From: a bacterium
GTDB taxonomy: Bacteria > Myxococcota_A > Bradymonadia > UBA7976 > UBA1532
Reading direction: 5' to 3'
Assembly (NCBI GenBank): GCA_041389985.1
Contig: JAWKQS010000026.1
Span: 1-56,411 of the forward strand
Length of the DNA: 56,411 nt
Shown in pieces: positions 22,973 to 32,246 of this stretch (position 1 is the first letter of the stretch; the number at the start of each line of letters is the position of its first letter). A model generated the notes under the pieces. The model had not been told where the DNA came from and did not search any database. It saw only the letters and a program-made list of their open reading frames with translations. The translations under genes were made by a program, and so were the position numbers.

Positions 22973-23839
22973 TCAGCGGCCGGCCTCGAAGGCGGCGAGC
23001 CGGCGAGCCGCATCCGCCCGCAGATCCAGGTAGAAGAGGTTGACGGCCTGGAGGTGGTAGTCGCCGTCGCCGACCCCCACGAGCTCCCGCGCCGAGAGGC
23101 CCTGGGCCTCGGCGGTGTCGTCGATCCAGAGCGTGCCATCGGGGGCACACCGCGTGGCGACGAGGCCGGGGCTGAAGCCCGCGAACCCGCCGCCGAGCAG
23201 CCCGCCGCCGGGGCCGGCCCCCCGGTGCGCCGCCTGGGGGGCGGGCGCGGCCGATCCCCTCACCGGGTTGAAGCAGATCGTGGGGAGCGCTCCCGGACAG
23301 CGATCCGCGCCGCAAGCGGAGGAGGGGGCCCCCGGCCGCGCGGGGGCCCAGGCCGCCACGCAGCCCGTGGCGTCGGGGCTCGCGCAGACGGGGAAGGGCG
23401 CGACGTCATCCGGCGCTGTTCGCAGGCCGGCGAGGTAGGCCACCACCAGGCGACGCGCCAACGCCGGATCGGCGCGAAACCGCGTCTGCAGCAGCCGCAG
23501 GCCGAGCATCGCCCCCTGGTCGTGGCCGAGCACGAAGATCGGCGCCGATGGCGGGCTGCCCGCGAGCAGCGCGTCCAGGGCCTGCTGCGCGTCGGCCAGG
23601 CCGTCGTCGAGGGCCTCGGGGGCGCCCACGCGCAGGGCCTCGCGGTCGGCCTGGCGATAGCGCGGCGCCCAGATCCGGGCCACGCCGTTGAGCACGCTGC
23701 CCTGAAACCGCACGGCCTCGGCCTCGAAGCCGGGATCGCCGGGGCTGCTGGCGGCCGGGTGCAGGTAGAGCGCGACCGCGGCCGCCGCGGCCTGCCGATC
23801 ACCCAGTAATAACGCCGTTTCTTCTTTCAAATCAGCCAC
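22973..23839 (-). CDS. DUF3089-like alpha/beta-hydrolase-fold protein. The N-terminal secretion or lipoprotein signal is probably missed because of an upstream frameshift or a non-canonical start.
   Basis: Motif FVLGHDQGAMLG (GHSQG-like). The ORF starts at GTG with no RBS. In frame upstream lies ...LCAAGIALCAC..., which looks like a lipoprotein signal, but no ATG/GTG start is reachable. Confidence 0.5.
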   Translation of the reverse strand: MADLKEETALLLGDRQAAAAAVALYLHPAASSPGDPGFEAEAVRFQGSVLNGVARIWAPRYRQADREALRVGAPEALDDGLADAQQALDALLAGSPPSAPIFVLGHDQGAMLGLRLLQTRFRADPALARRLVVAYLAGLRTAPDDVAPFPVCASPDATGCVAAWAPARPGAPSSACGADRCPGALPTICFNPVRGSAAPAPQAAHRGAGPGGGLLGGGFAGFSPGLVATRCAPDGTLWIDDTAEAQGLSARELVGVGDGDYHLQAVNLFYLDLRADAARRLAAFEAGR

Positions 23840-23968
23840 TTGTGGCGTTAGATCCGCTTCGTCCCGGGTGTCGGGGCGGGCCAGCCAGCCGGCGGTGTCG
23901 GGCGCTGCGGGCGCGCTCGCGGGGGGCGGATCGCCGCCCCGACAGGCGCACAGGGCGATCCCGGCGGC

Positions 23969-24013
23969 GCAGAGGCACGCTGGGCAGAGGCGCGCTGGAC
24001 AGAGGCGCGCTGG
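23969..24013. repeat. Three perfect-to-near-perfect 15-bp tandem direct repeats (GCAGAGGCRCGCTGG) in the PGI/DUF3089 intergenic region.
   Basis: Sequence gcagaggcacgctgg gcagaggcgcgctgg acagaggcgcgctgg read directly from the sequence. Confidence 0.6.
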
Positions 24014-24024
24014 GCGGCGCAGGC

Positions 24025-25050
24025 TCAGGGGACGTACGGCCCGAGGCGGGCCTTGAAGTCTTCGACCATGGCGACGGGGTTGGGGTCGATGCCGCCGAGC
24101 GCCGCGTGGGCGCAGGTCACGAAGTCGAACAGGTAGAGCGCCGCGAAGGCTTTGACGAGGGGCGGCTCGCCGGCCGGCAGCGGGACGCGGATGACCGGGA
24201 CCCCGGCCGTTTCCAAGGTGGCTACCGTGGTTGCCACCCGGTGCTGCGCGCGGCTCGGCGCGTCGGGATCGTCGAGGACGACGGCCGAGAACGGGCCCGG
24301 CAGGCGGGTGTAGCCGACCATCTCGTTGTGGTTGAGCTCGGGCAGGGCGTAGCTGAAGGCCGGCGTCTTGGCGTTCTCGTTGAACTTGATCTTGGCGATC
24401 AGGGCCACCGGCTCAAAGGGGGCCGTGGCGTAGATCACCGGGATGCGGCCATCGAGGGCCTTCGCCAGGGCCAGGGCGCGATCTTCGACACCGTCCGTGT
24501 GCCGACGCATGCCGTCACCGATGGCAATCATGGCGGCGGCGCCGCCCGGCAAGAGCCCGGCATTCTCGAGGATGGCGGCCAGGGCCCCCAGAAAGAACCC
24601 GGTGGCCGCGCGCGGCTGAAAGCCGGGCGTAGGACGCTCCAGCTTCACGGCGGGCAGGCCGTCCCGCGCGGCGATGGCGGCCAGCTCGCCACCGGCGCTG
24701 AGGATGACGACGCGAGCGCCACGGGCGCGGGCATCGGCCAGCGCGGCGATGGTCTCCTCGGTGTTGCCGCTGTAGCTCGAGGCGATGACCAGCGTGTCGG
24801 CGCCGAGATCGGCGGCGCGCACGCTGTACTCGCGGGAGACGCTCAGATCCACGCCCAGGGGATCGCTGTACATCTTCAGCAGATCACCGGGGAAGGCGCT
24901 GCCGCCCATGCCGCAGAGGATGGCGCGGCGCACGCCCCGGGCCTCGACGCCGATCTGGCCGGCGAAGGCCACACCTTGAGCGAAGTGGTCGGGCACCCCC
25001 CGGACGGCGTCCAGCATCGTCCCCGACGTCCAAGTTGACATAATGCTCAT
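24025..25050 (-). CDS. Bifunctional phosphoglucose/phosphomannose isomerase (SIS-domain, archaeal-type PGI/PMI). The true start is probably the internal ATG near 25017 (MLDAV...).
   Basis: SYSGNTEET SIS motif. Length about 330 aa. The first 11 codons of the ORF use AT-ending codons atypical for this genome. Confidence 0.8.
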   Translation of the reverse strand: MSIMSTWTSGTMLDAVRGVPDHFAQGVAFAGQIGVEARGVRRAILCGMGGSAFPGDLLKMYSDPLGVDLSVSREYSVRAADLGADTLVIASSYSGNTEETIAALADARARGARVVILSAGGELAAIAARDGLPAVKLERPTPGFQPRAATGFFLGALAAILENAGLLPGGAAAMIAIGDGMRRHTDGVEDRALALAKALDGRIPVIYATAPFEPVALIAKIKFNENAKTPAFSYALPELNHNEMVGYTRLPGPFSAVVLDDPDAPSRAQHRVATTVATLETAGVPVIRVPLPAGEPPLVKAFAALYLFDFVTCAHAALGGIDPNPVAMVEDFKARLGPYVP

Positions 25051-25146
25051 TGTGCGACAATTGCCTCCGGCGCGACAAACGCCTCCGCGGAGCCGATCAA
25101 GCCCTTCTCGATGATCCTCGTGCTCCCCATGAGCCCTGCTCCTGGT

Positions 25147-26435
25147 TCAGCCGATGTCGATGAAGAGCTGGTTGATGACCTTCTGGAGCTCCTGCTGCTC
25201 GTCGCGCTCCAGCCACTCGCGCGCGGCGAACATCTCGAAGAACAGCAGCTCGTTGAGGGCCTGGGACAGGAAGCTCAGCCGGTTGTCCATCTGGGTGCCG
25301 GCCAGGTTCGCCAGCAGGCGCTCTCGGTCGAGCTTGCCGTCGATGAAGACCACCCCTGGAACAGCTCGACGAAGCCGTAGAACTGCAGGAACGTCTCCAG
25401 ACCCTTCTGGAGCGCCTGCTGCTGGCCGTGCCGGGCGATGGCCTGGTAGATGCGCTCGAACACCGTGTTGAAGGTGTCCACCATCGTGCCGGTTTCGGAG
25501 CCGACGCGATCGTCCTCCACCGACTCCGCCGCGGGCGGCTCGGTGTGCTCGGCCACCAGGTCGACGTGGCCGCTCTGCTTGAGGTGGAACAGGATCTTCA
25601 TGGTCTCGAAGTCGCCGTAGCGACACGCCCGGGAGACCTGCTCCACGGTCCGCGGCTTCTGGAGCATGCGCAGGACGAGCCGCTCGCGGGCGCCCAGCTC
25701 GCTCACATCCGCGTCGGGCCGCGCCACGAGCCGCATGCCATCCTCGGGGATGCGCTCGCGGAAGTACGCCATCTCGTCCATGCGCCGCAGCCCCTCCATG
25801 AGGAGCGACTGGGCGTTGAGGGCCAGCGGCCCTCCCCCGGGATCCCGCGGGTTGCGCGTCAGGTAGAAGTCGCCGTCCTTCATGAGCAGGATCGAGTAGA
25901 AGATCTCTTCGACCTGGCGACGGACGTTCAGATAGAGATCGGCCTGGGTGATCTGGCCGCGATCGAGCAGATGGTTGCCCAGGGGCCGCCGGATCCGACG
26001 GCACTCCTCGGCCGCCCGGTCCAGCACCTCACGCGGCAAAGCCCCGTAACGATAGAGGATTTCCCCCAGCCGATCCTCGGCGCGGTTCGACGTGGCGTTG
26101 CGGACCTGGCCGTCCTTGAACGTCAGCGTCTTGCGGGTGTCGCCCTGCACGAACAGCAGGTTGCCTGACTGCTGGGACGAGTGGACGAAGTTGATGACGT
26201 CCACCGTGGAGCCGAAGCCTGCCACATCGCCCTGCAGCACGATCGGGTGGCGCAGCTCTTCGAGGGGCGGCGTGCCCCCGACCCGCTGGAAGTGCAGCAG
26301 CGAGCTGTCCGACGGCAGGTGCGTGTACACCCCTGCGAGCGCCGCCAGCTCCTGTCGAAGCGCAGCCCCCACCGCGATCATCCGGCCGGCCTCGTCCACC
26401 TGGACGTAGCCCTTCACGTCGTCTCGACGACTCAT
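25147..26435 (-). CDS. DUF4388 (PATAN-domain) protein of about 429 aa. There is one frameshift at a g-run near 25355.
   Basis: N-terminal DUF4388 pattern (...IVLQGDVAGFGSTVDVINFV...NLLFVQGDTRKTLTFKDGQV...). ORFs 25275..26435 and 25147..26004 join at ccagggg|tgg. The ATGA start/stop overlap with the upstream gene is at 26432-26435. Confidence 0.65.
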
Positions 26436-27307
26436 CCCCTCTTCCGGAGACCGAAGAGGCCCTTCTTCTCGGCGGGCCTGCGCTGAAGGTGTCTTAGCTC
26501 GCTTGCCGCCTCAGCGCAATGCGGGTTGATCTCCAACGCGCGCTGCAGGGCGGCCATCGCCTTGTCGGTGTTGTCCATCAGGCGGTGGACGCGGCCCAGG
26601 TACAAGAACGGCTCCTCGCGGCCACCATCGCTTCCCATGGCCTGGGTGACCTCGGTCATGAGCTGGGCCGTCTTGGCGGCCATCGTCAGGGAGGGGCCGC
26701 GCGCCCACACGATGAGCAGCTCGGCGTAGGCCAGCCCGGCCCGGGCCACGGGGTCGTCCGGCGTCGCCTTCAGGGCCTCTTGGAACCGATCACGAGCCGC
26801 CTCGGGGTTGCCGGCCTTGATGATGGCGACAGCCTCCTTGACCAGCTTCTCGGCGCGGAACACCTGGCCCAGATCCGCGCCGCCCGCCTCGTTCACCACG
26901 CCGCCGGCCCGCGCCCGCATCACCTGCTCGGCGTCGTAGTCCTTGCGGGCCGCGGCGTCGCTGAGGACCTCGTTGGCGCGGTTGATGGCGATGAAGACCC
27001 GCTGCACCGCCTCCAGATCCGTCGGCGGGAGGTCGTACCGGGCGAACCGATCGGCGTGGAACTCGCGGGCAAGTGCCCGGAATGCATTGCGAATTTCCTC
27101 AGACGTCGCGGTCTTGGCGACCCCGAGGACCTCGTAGTGCGTCTTGGTCTCCAGGCCCTCGAGGCGCTGGTGGACCTCGCGGACGCGGGCCACGACGCGC
27201 TCGTCCGGGGCCTTCTTGGAGTTGGCGTCGGAAGGCGGCCGGCTGGGCGCCCGCGCTCCCACCTCGGTGCCGCGGGCGGGCGTCGCGGGCGCGACGGCGC
27301 GGCGCAC
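26432..27307 (-). CDS. J-domain (DnaJ-like) protein with TPR-like C-terminal repeats. It may be the C-terminal part of a longer DUF4388-J fusion (see next feature).
   Basis: J-domain HYEVLGVAKTATSEEIRNAFRALAREFHADR, then helical TPR-like repeats. Confidence 0.7.
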   Translation of the reverse strand: MRRAVAPATPARGTEVGARAPSRPPSDANSKKAPDERVVARVREVHQRLEGLETKTHYEVLGVAKTATSEEIRNAFRALAREFHADRFARYDLPPTDLEAVQRVFIAINRANEVLSDAAARKDYDAEQVMRARAGGVVNEAGGADLGQVFRAEKLVKEAVAIIKAGNPEAARDRFQEALKATPDDPVARAGLAYAELLIVWARGPSLTMAAKTAQLMTEVTQAMGSDGGREEPFLYLGRVHRLMDNTDKAMAALQRALEINPHCAEAASELRHLQRRPAEKKGLFGLRKRG

Positions 27308-28268
27308 CGGGGGCGCCGGGCGGCGGCGGCGGCGCGGCCCGCCGGACGCCGGACGTCGGCCCGGCCGGAGGCGGTGCGGCAGCGGGCGGAGCGCTCGTGC
27401 GGCTCACGAAGACCGGCGGCGCGGCGCCCGGCCCCACCGACGGGCGCCGGGTGGCCGTCCCCGCGACGTTGGCCGGCCGGGCCACGCGGCGGACCGACAC
27501 GGTGCTGGGTCGCGGCGGCTCCGACGCCTCTGGCGGTCGGCCCTCCTCCGGGGCCTTGCTCACGTTGGACTGAAACCGCGCCATGCCGGACAGCACCAGC
27601 ACCGCCACCTCGCGGGCCGCCAGATCGCGGTTGCCCCGCACCCGCGCGATGAGCTCGAAGGGCGTGGGCGCCTCGAGCATGGAGCGGGTGTTCGGCGTCG
27701 GGAAGAGCTGGTCGAAGCGCGCCGCGTGGTGGGTGGCGAAGTCGGTCGGGGCCACGAGCTGCCGCGCGTACTTCGCCACGAACTCGGTGGCCGCCGGCCC
27801 CTTGATGTAGCGCCCCGCGGCCTCGACGAGCAGATCCACCAGGTCGATGCCCTGGGCGCCCTGATCGGGGCGGATGACCTGGTCCTCGAACTGGTAGAGC
27901 CCGTCCGTCCAGCCAAAGGGCTCCAGGAGCAGGTGCCGCGCCACCCGGCGCTGGATGGCGGCCAGGCGCTTCGGGGCGACGAGGCCCATGCGCACCACCA
28001 TGAGATCGATGGGCGTCCGGGTGGTCTGGGCCTGCTGGCGCAGCTCCACCTCCTCCGTCGAGGAGATCAGGCCCTCGTCGACCAGCGCATAGACAAGGCC
28101 ATCCTGGCGCTGGTTGGAGGCCGTCCGCACGGGATAGCCGTTGGCGATCTCGGCCCGCTTGATCACGTTGCCGGCCTGGAGCGTCAGCACGCCGCTCATG
28201 CGACGCTCGAGAATGCTCCGGAACACCATGAAGAGCCGCAGGTGCTCCAGCTTTCCCCGGATCGCCAT
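27099..28268 (-). CDS. Second DUF4388 (PATAN) domain protein with a long Pro/Ala-rich linker. The 3' boundary is uncertain. The ORF overlaps the J-domain ORF by about 200 bp in another frame, so a single DUF4388-linker-J-TPR protein with one frameshift is plausible.
   Basis: N-terminus MAIRGKLEHLRLFMVFRSILERRMSGVLTLQAGNVIKRAEI.... The C-terminal third is pure P/A/R/G and overlaps the 27307 start. Confidence 0.5.
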   Translation of the reverse strand: MAIRGKLEHLRLFMVFRSILERRMSGVLTLQAGNVIKRAEIANGYPVRTASNQRQDGLVYALVDEGLISSTEEVELRQQAQTTRTPIDLMVVRMGLVAPKRLAAIQRRVARHLLLEPFGWTDGLYQFEDQVIRPDQGAQGIDLVDLLVEAAGRYIKGPAATEFVAKYARQLVAPTDFATHHAARFDQLFPTPNTRSMLEAPTPFELIARVRGNRDLAAREVAVLVLSGMARFQSNVSKAPEEGRPPEASEPPRPSTVSVRRVARPANVAGTATRRPSVGPGAAPPVFVSRTSAPPAAAPPPAGPTSGVRRAAPPPPPGAPGAPRRRARDARPRHRGGSAGAQPAAFRRQLQEGPGRARRGPRPRGPPAPRGPGDQDALRGPRGRQDRDV

Positions 28269-28375
28269 GAACGCCTCGTGCTGGTCGCAGGAAGGCCAGT
28301 GTACTGGTGTTGGGGGCCAGTGGCGAGGGGCTGCGAGCGCCTCCGGGCGGCGGGCGTCAACGCGCCGGGCGCCGG

Positions 28376-29539
28376 CTACTCCGAGGCGAGCGCCGCGAGG
28401 TGCCAGGCCGCCGCCTTGTGGAGGGCCACGACCTCACCGTGCAGCACCTGCTTCCAGAGCTGCTCGGCGCGCTCGGCGTCGCCCTCGATCTCGGCGATGA
28501 GCGCGTCGCGCTGCCAGGCCCACTCGGGCTCGTAGAAGTGCATGTTCAGGCGCGTCAAGCGGTTCTGGTCGCGCTCCCAGCCATCGATCATGGCGTCGAC
28601 GGCCTCGTCGTACCGGCCGGTCAGGTCGTGCAGGGCGGCCAGGCCCATGTAGCCCCAGGCCCCCTCCGGCTGGGTGTCGATGGCCTGGCGATAGAGATCA
28701 CCCGCGCCCCGGTAGGCCCCCTGGAGCTGGAGCAGCTCCGCCAGGTTCGAGAGCGCGACGCTCTCGCTGTACGGCCGGGCGGCGGGGGCGTCGAGGATGG
28801 CCTCGAAGAAGCCGGCCGCGCCGTCGAGATCGCGCCGCAGGTAGTGGATGTTGCCGAGGTTGTTCAGCGCCACGGGCTCGGCGGGATCGGCGGCCAGCAC
28901 CTCGCGGTACAGGTCCTCCGCGTCGTCGAGCTCCTGAGCCTGCAGGTGGACGTAGGCGAGCGCCAGCCGGCCCTCAAGGCGGTCGGGGGCGCGCTTCATC
29001 AGGTCGCGGGCCACCTGCTCGGCCGTGGTGAAGTCGCCGGCCAGGGTGGCCAGCTCGGACTGGTAGGCCAGGAGGGCCCGGACCCGATCTTCAGCGCCCG
29101 CGTCGCGATCGAGCACGCCGATCAGGCGATCCGCCGCCTCGGCCGCCGTGGCGAAGTCGCCCGACTCCACCGAGCCCCGCAGGACGCGCTCCAGCAAGAG
29201 GCGGTCGTCCCCTGCCCGCTTGAGCCCCTCGCGCCAGGCCGCCATGGCCGCCTCGGGCTGATCGAGGGTGAAGCGCAGGTCGCCGACCATGCGCCAGAGC
29301 GAGGGATCCTGGGGTTCCTGGCGGGTGGCCGCCTCGAAGGCCACGAGGGCCGCGGCCCGGTCGCCCTGCCGAAGCCGGGTGAAGCCTTCCACGCGGTGGG
29401 CCAGATCCGGCGCCTGCCGGACCATCTCGATGCGCTTCGCGGAGGGCTGCGCCCCCTTGAAGCCCGGCGCGGCCTGGGCCTGGCCGACCCAGAGTCCGCC
29501 CGCGGCCAGCGCGATGAGCCAGCGGTTCCTGCGTGCCAT
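28376..29539 (-). CDS. Secreted TPR-repeat protein.
   Basis: ATG at 29539 with a perfect RBS GAGGAGGA. Signal MARRNRWLIALAAGGLWVGQAQA. TPR-like repeats follow. The ORF-track start at 29824 is an over-extension. Confidence 0.75.
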   Translation of the reverse strand: MARRNRWLIALAAGGLWVGQAQAAPGFKGAQPSAKRIEMVRQAPDLAHRVEGFTRLRQGDRAAALVAFEAATRQEPQDPSLWRMVGDLRFTLDQPEAAMAAWREGLKRAGDDRLLLERVLRGSVESGDFATAAEAADRLIGVLDRDAGAEDRVRALLAYQSELATLAGDFTTAEQVARDLMKRAPDRLEGRLALAYVHLQAQELDDAEDLYREVLAADPAEPVALNNLGNIHYLRRDLDGAAGFFEAILDAPAARPYSESVALSNLAELLQLQGAYRGAGDLYRQAIDTQPEGAWGYMGLAALHDLTGRYDEAVDAMIDGWERDQNRLTRLNMHFYEPEWAWQRDALIAEIEGDAERAEQLWKQVLHGEVVALHKAAAWHLAALASE

Positions 29540-29726
29540 TCGACCGTCCTCCTCTGATGCCGTCTTGCAGTACACGCCGCGGCCGGCCGCGGGCGCACCG
29601 GAGTGAGACGAACCAGCCTGGCTGAAGTTCCATTCCCACCAGAAAAACTCAGATGGGCGTGGGCGACCGGCCAGCCAGAGGCCTGCCGTTGAAGGTCGCG
29701 CATCCTCCCGGCGCGGGCAACGACAC

Positions 29727-31261
29727 CTAGGGCAACCTGTTGTTCTCGCTGACTTTTTCTCCCACGTCGCGCCCATCGCCGGCCCCCGCAAGCTCGCCAC
29801 CGAACAGCGCCACGAGGGCCGCATCGAGGGCGGGGCGCAGGGATCGCGCTGCGCTGAAGGTCGCCGCGCTGCGGGCCCGCTGGCGGCGGTGGCGGCCGGC
29901 CAGCGTCAAGCGCGCCTCGGCGCCGGCGACTTGCAGCCAGACCGTCCCGGGCGGCAGCCGGGTGGGCGCGACCCGCGGGCTGAGGACGAGGGTGGGCGGT
30001 CCCGGGAGGGCCGCCTCGGCCGGCAGCAGCTCCAGGCGGACGCGGTGGTGGCGGATCTCGACGCCCAGGCTGGCCCGCAGCAGCACCTCCTCCTCACGGG
30101 CGATCCGCTCGTCGAGGGGCGAGCCGATGCGCCAGTGGAGCGACGAGCTGGCGGCGAGGGCGGAGAACGTCCGAGCGAGATCGGCGTGTAGCGCGAGGTA
30201 GAGGCCCTGGACCAGCACGAGGGTCTGGACCGGCAGCGCGGCCTCCTTCTGGCGCAGGCTCGCCAGATCGTCGATCACCACCGCGACGTGGCGGTGCGCG
30301 TCCAGCAGCGGGCTCTCGTCGCGGGTGTAGTAGAGCAGCTCGCCCACGACATAGCGGATGTCGAAGGCGTCGACCTCCCCGAGGCCCCCTGCCCCACGTA
30401 CGCGACCTCGGAGCGCACCAGGTTCTCGAAGCGCCCCTGGTGGCTGAGGGCGTCGAAGCCGCCGGCCGGGAAGCGGTCGGCCTCCTCGGCCTCGACCGGG
30501 ATCTCGCGGGCGGTGCGGCGGAGGCGCCCCGCCACGGTGGCCTGGATGGGGCCGAGGCGCGCGGCGACGCCATGGAGCTGCCGGAGGGCCAGGCGCTGGG
30601 ACTCGCTGTGCAACTCCGCGAAGTGATTGAGTTCCCACAGATCTTCGGGCCCGAAGAGGGGGCCCGGACCGAGGGCCTCGATGGCGGCGCCGTGGACGTC
30701 GGCGGCCAGGCTCAGCCACTCGGCGTCCTGGGGTGACCACTCGTCGAACCGGCTCGGCGTCTCGGCGACGACCTTCCCGCCCAGACTGCGCACATGGGCG
30801 GCGTTGCCGGTGAGCCGCAGCCGGGCCTGGAGCAGCCGATCGGAGAGCGCCAGCCGGATGGCATGGGCGACGAAGACCTCGCGGCGATCGGGCGGGACCC
30901 CGCCGAGGGCCACCTGGGCGGCGTCGACGCTGCCATCCAGCAGCCAGCGGCCCAGCACGCGCTCCTCATAGCCCAGGCGGGCGGCCTGCTCCTGGGGCGG
31001 CCAGTCCGCCAGGTCGCGGCCGGAGGCCAGCCGGAAGGCGTGGCCCTGCACGAGCAGCACGCCGAGGTCGTGGACCAGGGTCAGGGGGACGTGCTCGTCC
31101 CCTGCCCCCCAGATCTCGGCCAGCCAGCCGAGCGCGTCGGGCGCCGTGGCGTGCCAGTCCGCCGCCGCCCCCGACCAGTACAGGCTCGCCGCCAGCGCCG
31201 GGACGAGGCGGTCGCGCCCGAGGGGGTGCTCCTCGACCGCCGGCTCGTCGAGCTCAGCCAT
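29727..31261 (-). CDS. Hypothetical protein of about 511 aa encoded directly downstream of the RavA-like ATPase, where a ViaA/VWA-type partner would be expected. No confident domain call. There is one frameshift near 30390 at a g/c run.
   Basis: ORFs 30275..31261 (MAELDEPAVEEH...) and 29727..30740 join at ...VGQG|EVDAFDIRYVVGELLYYTRDE. The start overlaps the ATPase stop by 8 nt. Confidence 0.55.
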
Positions 31262-32246
31262 CGAGGCCCAGCAGGCTGTTGACCTTCTCCTCGACGATGG
31301 TCAACTCGGTGCGGCGATTGCCGATGTAGCGCAGGACCCGCAGGTCGCCGGCCTGGACGGCACCGCCGTGGTGGAGGAACGCGCGGGCGCGGATGAGCTT
31401 GTAGATCTTCACCGCCTTGCGGTCGCTCACGTACACCTGGTCTTCGGTCTCGAGCACCCGGACGATGCGGCGCAGCTCGGCGAAGACCGCGGGGGGGAAC
31501 CACCGGGCGTGGTCGCCGGCGCGCCCGGACGCCGCGAAGTGCAGGTCCAGGTAGCGCTTGAGCTTGAGGAAGTCCGTGAAGCTCGCCGGGCCATCGGCCC
31601 ACGGGCGCTGGCCCAGGTTGCGGTTGGCCTCCGTGCGCATCCCGGCCTCGATGAGGGCGTCGAAGTGGCGCTCCTTGACGGGGCGCGTCTCGACCTTGAG
31701 GACGAAGCGATCCGAGAGCGCCACCAGCTCGCTCTGCTCGGGGATGTCATTGGTGGCGGCGAAGAGCAGCCGCAGGTTCACGGGCTCGGGGGCGCCGTCC
31801 TGGTAGAACTTCCGCTCGTTGACGATGGTGAGGAGCGTGTTGAGGATGGCGCTGTTGCTCTTGAAGATCTCGTCGAGGAACACCACCCGCGCCTCGGGCA
31901 GCATGCCGCGCGTGCGCCGACGAAAGCGCCCCTCCTTCAGCAGCGCGATGTCGATGGGCCCAAGGATTTCGCTGGGTTCGGTGAACTTCGTGAGCATGTA
32001 CTCGAAGTAGTCCTCGGCCCCGAGGCCCAGGCTCTCGACGAACTTCAGCACCAGATCGCTCTTGGCGGTGCCCGGTGGACCGGCGAACAGGAGGGGCTCC
32101 TGGGTCGCCGCCGCCAGCAGCATCAGGTCGGCCTCTGCCTCTCGCCCGACGAAGAACCCCGCCAGGAACCGGCCATGCTGGAGGATCCGGTGGCGGACGT
32201 CGTCGATCTCTTCGTCCAGGGCCTCGAAGGTCCAGTCCTCGGCCAT
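31254..32246 (-). CDS. MoxR-family AAA+ ATPase, RavA-like.
   Basis: Walker A LLFAGPPGTAKS. Walker B VVFLDEIFK. The region is alignable by eye to E. coli RavA (FEYLMTRF..., ILNTLLT.INER.F...RLL.AA.N). The start ATG overlaps the upstream stop (TGATG). The first 230 aa of ORF 31254..32936 are an out-of-frame extension. Confidence 0.85.
   Translation of the reverse strand: MAEDWTFEALDEEIDDVRHRILQHGRFLAGFFVGREAEADLMLLAAATQEPLLFAGPPGTAKSDLVLKFVESLGLGAEDYFEYMLTKFTEPSEILGPIDIALLKEGRFRRRTRGMLPEARVVFLDEIFKSNSAILNTLLTIVNERKFYQDGAPEPVNLRLLFAATNDIPEQSELVALSDRFVLKVETRPVKERHFDALIEAGMRTEANRNLGQRPWADGPASFTDFLKLKRYLDLHFAASGRAGDHARWFPPAVFAELRRIVRVLETEDQVYVSDRKAVKIYKLIRARAFLHHGGAVQAGDLRVLRYIGNRRTELTIVEEKVNSLLGLDG

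Noticed and set aside
27240-27600. Independent Pro-rich protein or collagen-like gene.
   Set aside because: The P/A/R/G composition appears in all frames and is continuous with the DUF4388 linker. It is best explained as the linker of a fused protein.
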